A stretch of DNA of 64,000 bases from Rhodocyclaceae bacterium (GTDB taxonomy: Bacteria; Pseudomonadota; Gammaproteobacteria; Burkholderiales; Rhodocyclaceae): NCBI GenBank assembly GCA_026646875.1, contig JAPKHL010000005.1:24912-88911 (forward strand), written 5' to 3'. Below the pieces are notes generated by a model. The model was not told the origin of the DNA and did no database searches. It worked only from the letters and a program-made list of their open reading frames with translations. Positions 22,485-33,763 of the stretch are shown here, one piece after another; position 1 is the first letter of the stretch; each line of letters starts with the position of its first letter. A program made the translations under genes and the position numbers.

Positions 22485-24431
22485 TTACCGCGGCGATTGC
22501 CCCGAAAAGCGCAGCACCTCCGCCACCGCTTGATCGATGGAGAGATGCGTCGTGTCGAGCAACCGGGCATCCGCGCTCTGCTGCAGGGGCGCCACGCTGC
22601 GTTGGCTGTCGCGTTCGTCGCGTTCGCGCATATCCTGCAAAAGAGGCTGAATGCTAGCAGGCATTCCTTTTTCGATCAACTGTTTATAGCGTCTTTCCGC
22701 ACGCGCCTCGACGCTCGCTGTGAGGAAAACCTTGGTCGCGGCGTCGGGAAAAATCACCGTGGACATGTCGCGACCGTCACCGACCAGGCCGGGAGCCCTG
22801 CGAAAGGCCCGCTGCCTGAACAGCAGGGCCTGGCGCACCGCCGGCAACGCGGCGACACGGGAAGCACCAGCGGAAATCTCCTCGCTGCGGATGGTCTCGC
22901 CGACGTCCTCCCCGGCCAGCCGGATCGAATCCTCGGCAAAGCGGACGTCAAGCGCGGCCGCGATCGCCGCCACCCCGGCCTCGTCGTCCCAATCCACCCC
23001 GGCGCGGCGCGCGGCCAATGCGGTGAGGCGGTAGAGCGCGCCCGAATCGAGGTAATGCCAGCCCAGCGCGGCCGCCACGCGGGCCGCCACGGTGCCCTTG
23101 CCCGAGGCCGAGGGGCCGTCGATGGCGATCACCGGCACCGCTGCGGTCACCGCGGTGAAGCGCTCGAAATAGTCGGGAAAGGTCTTCGCCACGCAGTTCG
23201 GCTCGTTGATCCGCAGCGGCGTGCCGAAGGCTGCCAGCGAGAAGCACATGGCGATGCGGTGGTCGTCGTAGGTGTCGATCGCGGCCGGCACGAGGTCGGC
23301 CAGTCGCGCCGGCGGATGCACGCGGATGAAGTCGCCCCCCTCTTCGACCGTGACGCCGAGCTTGCGCAGCTCGGTGGCCATGGCGACGATCCGGTCGGTT
23401 TCCTTGACCCGCCAGCTGGCGATGTTGGTCAGCGTGGTCGGTCCTTCGGCGAACAGCGCAACGGTCGCCAAGGTCATCGCCGCATCGGGGATGTGATTGC
23501 AGTCGAGCGCGATGCCCCGCAGGCGACCGGCGGCCGGCGCGCGCGCCTCGATCCAGTTGTCGCCGAGTTCGATGCGCGCCCCCATTTGCTGCAGCGCCTC
23601 GGCGAAGCGCACATCGCCCTGGATCGAATCGCGGCCGACGCCCTCGACCCGCAGCGGCCCGCCGCCGACGGCGCCGAGCGCCAGGAAATACGAGGCGGAG
23701 GAGGCGTCGCCCTCGACATGCAGCACGCCCGGAGAACGGTAGACGGCCCCGGCGGGCACGCTGAAGCGCTGCCAGCCCGAGCGCGTGACCGGGACGCCGA
23801 AACGTGCCATGGTGGCCAGCGTGATTTCGATGTAGGGCTTGGAGATCAGCTCGCCGACCACCTCCACCGTGGTTTCCACCCCGGTCAGCGGCAGGGCCAT
23901 CAGAAGACCGGTGAGAAACTGGCTGGAAACATCGCCGCGCACGCGCACGACACCGCCCGGGCGGATGCTGGCCGGGCGGATTTCCAGCGGCGGATAGCCG
24001 GTGTTGCCGAGGTAGGCAATGTCGGCACCGATCTGGCGCAGCGCGTCGACGAGGTCGCCGATCGGCCGTTCGTGCATGCGTGGCACGCCGGTCAGCGTGT
24101 AGTTCCCACCGGCCAGCGCCAGCACGCCGGTCAGTGAACGGTAGGCGGTGCCGGCATTGCCGAGGAAGAAGCTACCCTCGCGCACCGGAAAACGGCCGCC
24201 GACGCCGCGCACCCGATAGGCGTGGTCGCCCAACGCCTCGACCCCCACGCCGAGCGCACGCAAGGCATCGAGCATGCGCGCCGTGTCGTCCGACTCGAGG
24301 AGGTCGCGCAGTTCGGTCTCACCCTCGGCGAGGGCGGCCAGCAAGAGCACGCGATTGGAAATGCTCTTCGAGCCGGGCAGGCGTATCGTGCCCTGCGCGG
24401 CCGTGAGCGGCGGCAGATCGAGAAAATCCAT
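22485..24431 (-). CDS. aroA: bifunctional 3-phosphoshikimate 1-carboxyvinyltransferase / cytidylate kinase
   Basis: One continuous frame. The AroA part ([10 protein letters not shown] ... [10 protein letters not shown]) is joined through TAVTAAVP to the Cmk part ([14 protein letters not shown]...). Confidence 0.9.
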   Translation of the reverse strand: MDFLDLPPLTAAQGTIRLPGSKSISNRVLLLAALAEGETELRDLLESDDTARMLDALRALGVGVEALGDHAYRVRGVGGRFPVREGSFFLGNAGTAYRSLTGVLALAGGNYTLTGVPRMHERPIGDLVDALRQIGADIAYLGNTGYPPLEIRPASIRPGGVVRVRGDVSSQFLTGLLMALPLTGVETTVEVVGELISKPYIEITLATMARFGVPVTRSGWQRFSVPAGAVYRSPGVLHVEGDASSASYFLALGAVGGGPLRVEGVGRDSIQGDVRFAEALQQMGARIELGDNWIEARAPAAGRLRGIALDCNHIPDAAMTLATVALFAEGPTTLTNIASWRVKETDRIVAMATELRKLGVTVEEGGDFIRVHPPARLADLVPAAIDTYDDHRIAMCFSLAAFGTPLRINEPNCVAKTFPDYFERFTAVTAAVPVIAIDGPSASGKGTVAARVAAALGWHYLDSGALYRLTALAARRAGVDWDDEAGVAAIAAALDVRFAEDSIRLAGEDVGETIRSEEISAGASRVAALPAVRQALLFRQRAFRRAPGLVGDGRDMSTVIFPDAATKVFLTASVEARAERRYKQLIEKGMPASIQPLLQDMRERDERDSQRSVAPLQQSADARLLDTTHLSIDQAVAEVLRFSGQSPR

Positions 24432-24433
24432 GG

Positions 24434-25330
24434 TCAATCCGGCAAACGTTGGGGGGGAGTCTCGCCCCAGGCGCGGCGGGCCGTGCGGGCGACGTCGAAA
24501 ATCCGTTCGAGCCGCGCGCCGTCGCTGCGCTGCAGGGCATCGCGCAGTTCGTCGAGCTGGGCGCGATAGCGGTCGAGTTCCTCGAGCAGGGCGACGCGAT
24601 TGGCAAGGCAGATGTCGCGCCACATCTCCGGATGGCTCGCGGCGATGCGCGTGAAGTCGCGGAAACCGCTGGCAGCGAAACTGAAAAAAAGATCACGGTC
24701 TTCGCGCACGGCCAGGTCATGCACCAGCGCGAACGACAGCAGGTGCGGCAGATGGCTGACCGCGGCGAAGACGCGGTCGTGCGCCTCGGGAGTCAGTTCG
24801 TGGATCTGCGCGCCGCACCACTCCCATGCCGAACGGACGCGGGCGACGTCGAGCACGGCATTCTCGGCAAGCGGTGTGAGCACCACCTTCTTCTCGCGAT
24901 ACAGGTCGGCACGCGCGGCGGCCGCGCCGCTGTTTTCCGCGCCGGCGATCGGATGCGCCGGCACGAAGCGGCCGACGGCGCCGCCCAGGGTCGCGCGGGC
25001 GGCGGCAACCACGTCGGCCTTGGTGCTACCGCCATCGGTCAGCAGCGTCCGCTCGCTCAGGTAGGGGGCGATCCGCGCCATGATCTCCGGCATCTGGGCA
25101 ACCGGCGTGGCAAGCAGCACCAGGTCGGCATCGCTCACCTCCTGCCCGGCATTGACGCCCATCCGGTCGATCACGCCAAGGTCGACCGCCTGCTTCAGCG
25201 AACCGAGGCTGCGTCCGAAGCCGACCACTTCCTCGACCTGGCCGGCGGCTTTGAGCGCCAGCGCAAAGGAGCCGCCGATCAGGCCGACGCCGAAGATGAC
25301 GACCTTGCGGAACTCGGGTTCGGCTGCCAT
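24434..25330 (-). CDS. tyrA: prephenate dehydrogenase
   Basis: 298 aa with the [14 protein letters not shown] Rossmann motif, in an aromatic amino-acid gene context. Confidence 0.88.
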   Translation of the reverse strand: MAAEPEFRKVVIFGVGLIGGSFALALKAAGQVEEVVGFGRSLGSLKQAVDLGVIDRMGVNAGQEVSDADLVLLATPVAQMPEIMARIAPYLSERTLLTDGGSTKADVVAAARATLGGAVGRFVPAHPIAGAENSGAAAARADLYREKKVVLTPLAENAVLDVARVRSAWEWCGAQIHELTPEAHDRVFAAVSHLPHLLSFALVHDLAVREDRDLFFSFAASGFRDFTRIAASHPEMWRDICLANRVALLEELDRYRAQLDELRDALQRSDGARLERIFDVARTARRAWGETPPQRLPD

Positions 25331-25343
25331 GCCGCGCCCCCCG

Positions 25344-26433
25344 TCAGCGTGCCAGTGCGAGCGCCGCGAGGAAGCGCGCGTTCTCGGCCTCGGTACCGAT
25401 CGTCACGCGCAGCCACTCGGGCATGCCGTAGCCGGCGATCGGCCGCACGATGACCCCCTCGCGCAACAGTTTCTGGTTGATCGCGGCGGCATCGCCGGCA
25501 CGGAAGGCGACGAAATTGCCGCGCGAGGGAATGTAGTCATAGCCCAGCCGGCGCAGGCCCTCGGTCAGTTGGGCCATGCCGGCACGGTTGAGCGCATAGC
25601 TGCGCTCGACGAATTCGTGATCGTCGAGCGCGGCGGCGGCGGCGGCCAGCGCCAGGTTGTTACAGTTGAACGGCTGGCGGATGCGGTTCATCAGGTCGGC
25701 AATCGCCGCCGAGGTCAGCGCATAACCCACGCGCAGGCCGGCCAGGCCGTAGATCTTGGAGAAGGTGCGGGTGATCACCAGGTTGGGGAAATCCGCCAGC
25801 CAGGCTGCCGTATCGGCACGCTCCTCCGGTGGCAGGTATTCGTTGTAGGCCTCGTCGAGCACCACCACCACGTCCTGCGGCACCGAGGACAGGAAAGCGA
25901 GTACCTCGTCGTGCGGCAGGAAGGTGCCGGTCGGATTGTTCGGGTTGGCGATCCACACGATGCGCGTGTCCGGACGGATCGCTGCGCGCATGGCCGCCAG
26001 ATCGTGGCCGAAATCCTTCGCTGCGACGGCGAGCGGCTCTGCGCCGGCGGTCAGCGTGGCCAGCGGATAAACGGCGAAGGCATGCTGCGAGAACACCGCC
26101 GAACGTCCCGGCGCCAGGAACACACGCGCCACGATGTCGAGCACGTCATTGGAGCCGTTGCCGAGAACGATGCGCTCCATCCCAAGACCGAGATGTCCGG
26201 CAATCGCCTGCTTCAGCACGAAATCGTCTGGATAGCGCTCGAGCGAGTCGATGGCCTTGGCCAGCGCGGCCTTCGCCTTCGGGCTCATGCCCAGCGGATT
26301 CTCGTTGGAGGCCAGCTTGACGATGCGTTTCGACCGGCAGCCCCATCTCGCGCGCCAGCTCGGTGATCGGCTTGCCCGGCTGGTAGGGGGAAATCGAACG
26401 GATGTAGGGAAGCGACTGGGCGCTGATGGACAT
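25344..26433 (-). pseudogene. hisC: histidinol-phosphate / aromatic aminotransferase (HisC family) with an apparent 1-nt frameshift near 26326-26332
   Basis: The N-terminus MSISAQSLPYIRSISPYQPGKPITELAREMGLPVE is in one frame. IVKLASNENPLGMSPKAKA... continues in another frame. The span is 1090 nt (3n+1). Confidence 0.7.
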
Positions 26434-26486
26434 GAGTGACCTCTGGAATCCGGGGTTCGGTGAAATCGGTATCGGGAAAACCGGTG

Positions 26487-27578
26487 TCAATAGACCGCTG
26501 CGGGGTAAGAGCCGAGCACCTTCAGGTAGGCCGCGCGCTGCTGCAGTTCGGCGAGTGCCCGGGCCACCTTCGGCTCGTCGCGGTGGCCGTCGATATCGAC
26601 GAAAAAGACGTAGTCCCAGAGCGTGTGCCGTGCCGGGCGCGACTCCAGCCGCGTCATCGACACACCGGCCTCGGCGAGCGGCACCAGCAGCGCATGCAGC
26701 GAACCGGTGCGGTTGGGGGCCGACATGATCAGCGAGGTCTTGTCGCGGCCCGACAAACCGGCATCATGGCGGCCAAGGACGAGGAAGCGGGTGGTGTTGT
26801 TCGGCTCGTCCTCGATGTTGGCAACGAGAATCGGCACGCCAAAGCGCTCGGCGGCGGCCTGGCCGGCAATGGCGGCAGCGCCGGCTTCCTGCATGGCCAT
26901 CTCGGCGGCTTGCGAATTGCTGCCGACGGAAATGCGCGGCACATTTGGCAAGTTGCGGTTGAGCCATTCATGGCACTGCGCCAGCGACTGCGCGTGCGAA
27001 TAGACCCGGGTCACCCGGTCAAGCGCGGGCTCGCGCGTCATCAGGTTCTGGTGGATGCGCAGCACGACCTCGCCGCAGATCCTGAGCGGTGTCGAGAACA
27101 GCAGATCCATGCTGCGACCGACGGCACCCTCGGTCGAATTCTCGACCGGCACCACCGCGTAGTGGGCATGCCCCGCCTCGACCTCGCGGAAGACATCGTC
27201 GATCGAGGATTGCGGCAGGAGGCGGGCAGCGTGGCCGAAATGCTTGGTCGCCGCGCTGCCGGTGAACGAGCCGAGCGGTCCGAGAAAAGCCACCGACAGG
27301 GGCTGTTCGAGCGACAGACAGGCCGACATGATCTCGCGGAACAGCCAGGTGACGCTTTCGCTGGAAAGGGGGCCCGGGTTCAGTTCCTGGATGCGGCGCA
27401 GCACCTGGGCCTCCCGCTCGGGCCGGTAGATGAAGCCGGCATCGCCGTGCCGCGCCTTGATCTCGCCGACCTTCTGCGCGCAGCGCGCGCGGCGGTTGAG
27501 AAAATCGAGCAGTTGCGCATCGAGCGCGTCGATCTCGCTGCGCACCGCCGAGAGTTCGTTCTGCAGATCGTCGTTCAT
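26487..27578 (-). CDS. pheA: chorismate mutase / prephenate dehydratase (P-protein)
   Basis: The N-terminal CM domain (LSAVRSEIDALDAQLL) is followed by the PDT domain and an ACT domain. Confidence 0.9.
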   Translation of the reverse strand: MNDDLQNELSAVRSEIDALDAQLLDFLNRRARCAQKVGEIKARHGDAGFIYRPEREAQVLRRIQELNPGPLSSESVTWLFREIMSACLSLEQPLSVAFLGPLGSFTGSAATKHFGHAARLLPQSSIDDVFREVEAGHAHYAVVPVENSTEGAVGRSMDLLFSTPLRICGEVVLRIHQNLMTREPALDRVTRVYSHAQSLAQCHEWLNRNLPNVPRISVGSNSQAAEMAMQEAGAAAIAGQAAAERFGVPILVANIEDEPNNTTRFLVLGRHDAGLSGRDKTSLIMSAPNRTGSLHALLVPLAEAGVSMTRLESRPARHTLWDYVFFVDIDGHRDEPKVARALAELQQRAAYLKVLGSYPAAVY

Positions 27579-27600
27579 CGTGGGCCCGGATACCCGCCGC

Positions 27601-28698
27601 TCAGCCGTGACGGCGGGCAAAATCGTTCATGAAATCGACCAGCACGCGCACGCCGGCAAGCGGCATGGCGTTGTAGATCGAGGCGCGCATGCCGCCGAAG
27701 GATTTGTGCCCCTTGAGCGAGGCCAATCCGGCAGCCTTCGTCTCGGAGAGGAAAGCCGCGTCGAGCCCGCTGTCGGCGAGGGTGAACGGGACGTTCATGC
27801 GCGAGCGGCAGGCCGGCGCCACCGGGTTGCGGTAGAAGCCGCCGCTGCCGTCGATGCAGGCATAGAGCAGCGCTGCCTTCTCGGCATTGGCACGCTCGAT
27901 CGCAGGCAGCCCGCCCTGGGCGCGGAGCCACTGGAAGACGAGGCCGGCCACATAGATGGCGAAGGTGGGCGGCGTGTTGAGCATCGAGCCGTTCTCGGCC
28001 ATCACCGAGAAATCCATCACGCTGGGCGTCGTCGGTCCGGCACGACCGAGCAGATCCTCGCGCACGATGACCAGCGTCACGCCCGAGGGGCCGATGTTCT
28101 TCTGGGCGCCGGCGTAGATCAGGCCATAGCGCGAGACGTCGACCGGGCGCGAGAGGATGTGCGAGCTCATGTCGGCGACCACTGGCACGGCGGACGGCAG
28201 CGGGTAGTCGGGGGGCACCTCGACCCCGTGGATGGTCTCGTTGGTGCACAGGTGGAAATAGGCGGCCCGCGGGTCGAACGCCAGCGCCTGGGGATCGGGC
28301 AGGCCGACGAAACCGTCGGCCTCGGTCGAACCCGCACAGCGCACGCTCGCCGTACCGGCGACGACCCGCTGTGCTTCCTTGAGCGCCTTCTTGGACCACG
28401 ACCCGGTGACGAGATAATCGGCCGAGCCGCCGGTCAGCAGGTTCATCGGAATCTGTGCGAACTGCTGCGTGGCACCGCCCTGCAGGAAGAGCACCCGATA
28501 GGATTCGGGCACGCCGAGCAGGGCACGCAGATCGGCCTCGGCCTGCTGCACGATACCGGTGAACTCCTTGCCGCGATGGCTCATTTCCATCACGCCCATG
28601 CCGGCGCCATGCCAGTCGAGCAGTTCGTCGCGCACCTGCTCGAGCACCGGCTGCGGCAGGGCGGCGGGGCCGGCACTGAAATTCCAGATCCGGGCCAT
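27601..28698 (-). CDS. serC: 3-phosphoserine/phosphohydroxythreonine aminotransferase
   Basis: 365 aa, MARIWNFSAGPAALP... is the canonical SerC start. Confidence 0.93.
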   Translation of the reverse strand: MARIWNFSAGPAALPQPVLEQVRDELLDWHGAGMGVMEMSHRGKEFTGIVQQAEADLRALLGVPESYRVLFLQGGATQQFAQIPMNLLTGGSADYLVTGSWSKKALKEAQRVVAGTASVRCAGSTEADGFVGLPDPQALAFDPRAAYFHLCTNETIHGVEVPPDYPLPSAVPVVADMSSHILSRPVDVSRYGLIYAGAQKNIGPSGVTLVIVREDLLGRAGPTTPSVMDFSVMAENGSMLNTPPTFAIYVAGLVFQWLRAQGGLPAIERANAEKAALLYACIDGSGGFYRNPVAPACRSRMNVPFTLADSGLDAAFLSETKAAGLASLKGHKSFGGMRASIYNAMPLAGVRVLVDFMNDFARRHG

Positions 28699-28701
28699 CG
28701 C

Positions 28702-31314
28702 TTACTCCTGCTCCGGTGCGTCGGTGCCCTCGCCGTCCGCGCCCTCGCCGTCCGGCGCGACGTCGGCACCCTGCTCGTCGTCGCTCTCGACAATCTTCTC
28801 GAGGCCGGCCAGCTTCTCGCCCGGATCGAGCGAGATCAGCGTGACGCCCTGGGTGGCGCGTCCGAGTTCGCGGATTTCGGCGACACGCGTGCGGATCAGC
28901 ACGCCGCCGGTGGTGATCAGCATCACCTCGTCCTCATCCTGCACGAGGCGGGCAGCAACGACCTTGCCGTTGCGCTCGCTGGCCGCGATGGCGATGACGC
29001 CCTGCGTGCCCCGTCCCGAATGGCGGAAATCGGCCAGCACGGTCCGCTTGCCGTAACCGTTCTCGGTGGCCACCAGGACGGTCTGCTGATGGTTCTCGGC
29101 GACCAGCAGCGAGAGCACCTGCTGCTCCTCGCCGAGCTTCATGCCGCGCACGCCGCGTGCCGTGCGACCCATCGGACGCACGTCCTCCTCGTCGAACCAG
29201 ACCGCCTTGCCGGCGTCGGAGACCAGCACGATGTCGTGCGATCCGCCGGTGATGTCGGCACCGATCAGATAGTCGCCGTCATCGAGGGCGACGGCGATGA
29301 TGCCGGCCTTGCGCGGGTTGGCGAAATCGGAGAGGGGGGTCTTCTTGACCGTGCCCTGGGCGGTGGCCATGAAGATGAACTTGTCGTCGGCGAATTCCTT
29401 GATCGGCAGGATGGCGTTGATCTTCTCTCCGGCCTCGAGCGGGAACATGTTGACGATCGGCTTGCCGCGACTGGTGCGGCCGCCCTGCGGCACCTCATAG
29501 ACCTTCAGCCAGTAGACGCGTCCGCGGTTCGAGAAGCACAGAATGTAATCGTGCGTATTGGCGACGAAGAGATGATCGACGAAATCGTCTTCCTTCATCG
29601 CCGCAGCCTGCTTGCCGCGTCCGCCGCGCCGTTGCGCGCGGTAGTCGGCGAGCGGCTGCGACTTGATGTAACCCGAGTGAGACAGCGTCACCACCATGTC
29701 CTGCGGCGTGATGAAATCCTCGATGCCGAGATCCTGGGTATGCACGACAATCTCCGAGCGGCGCTTGTCGCCGAACTGGGCGCGCACCGCCGTGAGTTCG
29801 TCGCCGATGATCTCGGTGATCCGCTCGGGACGGGCAAGGATGTCCATCAGGTCGGCGATCTTTTCGAGCAGCTCGGCGAAGTCGGCGACGATCTTGTCGC
29901 GCTCGAGGCCGGTCAGGCGCTGCAGGCGCAGTTCGAGGATCGCCTGTGCCTGCGCCTCGGAAAGCAGGTAGCCGCTCTTCGACAGCCCGTATTCGATGCC
30001 CAGACCCTCCGGACGGGTCGCGTCGAGCGAGGCGCGCTGCAGCATCTCGCTCACCGTCTGCGAGGTCCACAGCCGCGACATCAGGCCGCGGCGGGCATCG
30101 GCCGGCGTCGGCGAGGCCTTGATCAGGGCGATGATCTCGTCGACGTTGTCGAGCGCAACGGCCAGGCCCTCCTGGATGTGCGCACGCTCGCGCGCCTTGC
30201 GCAGTTCGAACACGGTGCGCCGAGTGATCACCTCGCGCCGGTGCGACAGGAAGCAGTCGAGCATCTGCTTGAGGTTGAGCAGGCGCGGCTGGCCGTCGAC
30301 CAGCGCCACCATGTTCATGCCGAAGGTGTCCTGCAGTTGCGTCTGCTTGTACAGGTTGTTGAGGACGACCTCGGCCACCTCGCCGCGCTTGAGCTCGATC
30401 ACCACGCGCATGCCGGACTTGTCGGACTCGTCGCGCAGGTCGGAGATGCCTTCGATCCGTTTCTCGTTGACCAGCTCGGCGATCTTCTCGAGCAGCGACT
30501 TCTTGTTAACCTGGTAGGGCAGCTCGTCGATGATGATGGCCTGCCGGTCGGCGCTGCCCTTGATGTCCTCGAAGTGCGTCTTGCCACGCATCACGACACG
30601 GCCGCGCCCTGTCCGGTAGCCCTCGCGCACGCCGGCCACGCCGTAGATGATGCCGGCGGTGGGGAAGTCGGGGGCGGGAATGAGGTCGATCAGCTGATCG
30701 ACCGACATCTCCGGATCGCGCAGCAGGGCAAGACAGGCATCGACCACTTCGTTCAGGTTGTGTGGCGGAATGTTCGTCGCCATGCCGACGGCGATGCCCG
30801 AGGAGCCGTTGATCAGCAGGTTGGGAATACGCGCCGGCAGGATCAGCGGCTCCTGCTCGGAGCCGTCGTAGTTCGGGCCGAAGTCGACGGTTTCCTTGTC
30901 GATGTCGGCCAGGAGCTCGTGGCCGATGCGCGCCATGCGCACTTCCGTGTAACGCATGGCTGCGGCATTGTCGCCATCCACCGAGCCGAAGTTGCCCTGG
31001 CCGTCGACCAGCATGTAGCGCAGCGAGAAGTCCTGCGCCATGCGCACGATGGTGTCGTACACCGCAGTATCGCCGTGCGGGTGGTACTTACCGATGACAT
31101 CGCCGACGATACGGGCTGATTTCTTGTAGGCCTTGTTCCAGTCGTTGCCGAGCTCGTGCATCGCGTACAGCACGCGCCGGTGCACCGGCTTCAGGCCGTC
31201 GCGCGCATCCGGCAGGGCTCGGCCGACGATGACGCTCATGGCGTAGTCGAGATACGAACGGCGCATCTCGTCTTCGAGACTGACGGGCAGGGTTTCCTTG
31301 GCGAATTGTTCCAT
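28702..31314 (-). CDS. gyrA: DNA gyrase subunit A
   Basis: 870 aa with the [24 protein letters not shown] and AAMRYTE active-site region. Confidence 0.97.
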   Translation of the reverse strand: MEQFAKETLPVSLEDEMRRSYLDYAMSVIVGRALPDARDGLKPVHRRVLYAMHELGNDWNKAYKKSARIVGDVIGKYHPHGDTAVYDTIVRMAQDFSLRYMLVDGQGNFGSVDGDNAAAMRYTEVRMARIGHELLADIDKETVDFGPNYDGSEQEPLILPARIPNLLINGSSGIAVGMATNIPPHNLNEVVDACLALLRDPEMSVDQLIDLIPAPDFPTAGIIYGVAGVREGYRTGRGRVVMRGKTHFEDIKGSADRQAIIIDELPYQVNKKSLLEKIAELVNEKRIEGISDLRDESDKSGMRVVIELKRGEVAEVVLNNLYKQTQLQDTFGMNMVALVDGQPRLLNLKQMLDCFLSHRREVITRRTVFELRKARERAHIQEGLAVALDNVDEIIALIKASPTPADARRGLMSRLWTSQTVSEMLQRASLDATRPEGLGIEYGLSKSGYLLSEAQAQAILELRLQRLTGLERDKIVADFAELLEKIADLMDILARPERITEIIGDELTAVRAQFGDKRRSEIVVHTQDLGIEDFITPQDMVVTLSHSGYIKSQPLADYRAQRRGGRGKQAAAMKEDDFVDHLFVANTHDYILCFSNRGRVYWLKVYEVPQGGRTSRGKPIVNMFPLEAGEKINAILPIKEFADDKFIFMATAQGTVKKTPLSDFANPRKAGIIAVALDDGDYLIGADITGGSHDIVLVSDAGKAVWFDEEDVRPMGRTARGVRGMKLGEEQQVLSLLVAENHQQTVLVATENGYGKRTVLADFRHSGRGTQGVIAIAASERNGKVVAARLVQDEDEVMLITTGGVLIRTRVAEIRELGRATQGVTLISLDPGEKLAGLEKIVESDDEQGADVAPDGEGADGEGTDAPEQE

Positions 31315-31567
31315 CTTCTATCCGGAGTCTTCCAGCAACGGCCAAACCGCGGCGCTTATGTTGTCGTCGTTGTCGTCTTGGCGAAACCGGGAATTCTATC
31401 ATGCCTGCCGGGGGCGATCGGACTCCCCCGAGCGGTAACGGCGCCGGCGCCGGCCCGCACCTGGATGCGACACCCCTTCCGCAGGCATGTTTATATGTGC
31501 TTAAATCGCCCGGCAGTCCCGCCGTGGTGGACCGCCCGGCCCGTCATGACGGAGACGTGTAAAAACA

Positions 31568-32278
31568 ATGAGGAGGAAGACTTTGAAACCGAAAACCATC
31601 GCCCCCCTGCTGGCCGCCCTCGGGCTGCTGGTCCTGGCCGGAAGCGCCGGCGCCCAGAGCGCCACCAATCGGGCCTATGTCATCGACGCACGCAACGAAG
31701 TCGCCACCAGCGGCTTCGGCCTCTGCTGGCGGACCGGCTACTGGACGCCGGCGGCGGCCGGCAGCGACGCTGCCGGCTGCGCTTGCGACAAGGACCTGAT
31801 GCCCAGGGAGAAATGCGAACCCGCGCCGGCGGCCGCCCCCGCGGCGGCAGCCCCGGCCACCCCGGCCGCCGCCGCCGCGCCGAAGAAATGCGACTTCACG
31901 TCGACGCTGAAGAACGATCAGCTGTTCGATTTCAACAAGGCGAAGCTCAAGCCTGCCGCGATGGCCCAGCTGGACCGGGACGTGATCGGCCGGCTCGGCA
32001 CCTGCGCGCAGGTCAACATGATCCTGATCACCGGGCATACCGACCGGCTCGGCTCGCACCAGCACAACCAGAAGCTCTCCGAAAAACGCGCCGAAGCCGT
32101 CAAGGCCTATCTCGTCAAACAGGGCGTCAACCCCGATCTCATCGAAACGATGGGCGCCGGCAAGACGCAGGCGGTGCCGGGCGTCTCCTGTGCCGACACG
32201 CTGCCGCGCAAGAAGCTGATCGAGTGCCTGGCGCCGAACCGTCGCACCGACATCGAAGTCAAGGGACCGGCGAAGTAA
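31568..32278 (+). CDS. OmpA-family outer-membrane protein (paralog 1)
   Basis: Signal peptide, Pro/Ala linker and a C-terminal OmpA-like domain (GHTDRLGS...NQKLSEKRA). The alternative TTG start at 31583 has a better AGGAGGA RBS. Confidence 0.85.
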   Translation: MRRKTLKPKTIAPLLAALGLLVLAGSAGAQSATNRAYVIDARNEVATSGFGLCWRTGYWTPAAAGSDAAGCACDKDLMPREKCEPAPAAAPAAAAPATPAAAAAPKKCDFTSTLKNDQLFDFNKAKLKPAAMAQLDRDVIGRLGTCAQVNMILITGHTDRLGSHQHNQKLSEKRAEAVKAYLVKQGVNPDLIETMGAGKTQAVPGVSCADTLPRKKLIECLAPNRRTDIEVKGPAK

Positions 32279-32298
32279 GCCATCGCCCTCCCCGGCAA

Positions 32299-32320
32299 CC
32301 CCGCTCCGGCGGGGTTTTTT
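32299..32320 (+). terminator. rho-independent terminator
   Basis: CCCCGC-tccg-GCGGGG followed by TTTTTT. Confidence 0.75.
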
Positions 32321-32346
32321 CTCGCCCGACCGCCTGACGCCCCACC

Positions 32347-33687
32347 ATGAGTGACACGCACGCCGATCTGTTCATCGAAGCCCGCTGGGTCGTTCCCGTC
32401 GCCCCTGCCGGAACCGTTCTCGAAGACCACACCGTGGTCGTCCGCGACGACGTCATCCTGGCCGTGCTGCCGCACGACGAGGCACGCACCCGGTACACGC
32501 CGCGCGAAGTGCGCCCGCTGCCACGCCATGTGCTGATTCCCGGCCTCGTGAACCTGCACAGTCACGCCGCCATGAACCTGATGCGCGGCATGGCCGATGA
32601 CCTGCCCCTGATGGACTGGCTGCAGAAGCACATCTGGCCGGCCGAGGGCCGTCACGTCTCCGCGCAGTTCGTGCACGACGGCACCCGTCTGGCCTGTGCC
32701 GAGATGCTGCGCGGCGGCATCACCTGCTTCAACGACATGTATTTCTTCCCGCAGGCAGCGGGGGAGGCCGCCGTTGCCGCGGGCATGCGCGCCGCCATCG
32801 GCCTCGTGGCGCTCGAGTTTCCCAGCGCCTACGCCGCCGACGCCGACGATTACCTGAACAAGGGCCTGGCCGCGCGCGACGCGCTGCGCGATGCCCCGCT
32901 GCTCACCTTCTGCCTGGCACCGCACGCCCCCTACACGGTGAGCGACCGCAGCTTCACGCGCATCCTCACGCTGGCCGAGCAGATCGACCTGCCGATCCAC
33001 ATCCACATCCACGAGACCGCGCAGGAAGTCGACAACAGCCTGCGCGAGCATGGCCGGCGTCCGCTCGAACGGCTGCACCGGCTCGGACTGCTGAGCCCCG
33101 CCCTGATCGGCGTACACGCCGTTCATCTGAACCGCTTCGACATCGAGCTGCTGGCCCAGCACGGCTGCTCCGTCGCCCATTGCCCGACCTCCAACCTCAA
33201 GCTGGCCAGCGGCATTGCCCCGGTCGGCGAGTTGCTCGAAAGGAAGGTCAACGTCGGCCTGGGCACCGACGGGGCGGCCAGCAACAACCGGCTTGATCTC
33301 TTCCAGGAAATGCGCCTCGCGGCCCTGCTGGCCAAGGGCAGCAGCGGCCGGGCCGAGGTCCTCGGCGCCCATCAGGCGCTGCACTTGGCAACCCTGGGCG
33401 GCGCGCGGGCGCTCGGCCTGGAAGCGCGAATCGGCAGTATCGAGGCCGGCAAGGCCGCCGACCTCTGCGCGGTGGCGCTCGACGGCATCGAACTGGCGCC
33501 CTGCTACGACCCGGTTTCCCACCTGGTGTATGCGGCCGGACGGGAACACGTTTCCGATGTCTGGGTGGCCGGTCGGGAGCGGGTGAAAAACGGCCGGCTG
33601 CTCGGCGATGACGAGGCAAAATTGATAAAAACCGCTGCTTTATGGCAGAATAAAATCTGCCCGCGCGACGTGTTATCCCGACCCTGA
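32347..33687 (+). CDS. mtaD: 5-methylthioadenosine/S-adenosylhomocysteine deaminase (TRZ/ATZ amidohydrolase)
   Basis: 446 aa with amidohydrolase metal ligands (VNLHSHAAM, HIHIHET). Confidence 0.85.
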   Translation: MSDTHADLFIEARWVVPVAPAGTVLEDHTVVVRDDVILAVLPHDEARTRYTPREVRPLPRHVLIPGLVNLHSHAAMNLMRGMADDLPLMDWLQKHIWPAEGRHVSAQFVHDGTRLACAEMLRGGITCFNDMYFFPQAAGEAAVAAGMRAAIGLVALEFPSAYAADADDYLNKGLAARDALRDAPLLTFCLAPHAPYTVSDRSFTRILTLAEQIDLPIHIHIHETAQEVDNSLREHGRRPLERLHRLGLLSPALIGVHAVHLNRFDIELLAQHGCSVAHCPTSNLKLASGIAPVGELLERKVNVGLGTDGAASNNRLDLFQEMRLAALLAKGSSGRAEVLGAHQALHLATLGGARALGLEARIGSIEAGKAADLCAVALDGIELAPCYDPVSHLVYAAGREHVSDVWVAGRERVKNGRLLGDDEAKLIKTAALWQNKICPRDVLSRP

Positions 33688-33763
33688 ACATCAAGCGCAC
33701 CAAAAATGCAGCCCAACAGGCAGCGCGGAGCGGGTCCGCAAGCTCAACCAATGAGGAAAATCC

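Noticed and set aside
26146-26490. 114-aa ORF starting at 26490 as a separate gene
   Set aside because: Only residues from the ATG at 26433 match HisC. After about 35 residues the frame degenerates into Arg/Gly-rich sequence. It is the frameshifted 5' part of hisC.
27430-31119. 1229-aa ORF on the plus strand
   Set aside because: It is antisense to serC and gyrA, which have unmistakable conserved motifs. Its Arg/Ala/Gly/His/Asp-rich low-complexity translation is typical of shadow ORFs in high-GC DNA.
31790-31880. Pro/Ala-rich repetitive DNA (also 33990-34060) as a tandem repeat or array
   Set aside because: It lies in frame inside the OmpA-family genes and encodes the usual Pro/Ala periplasmic linker.
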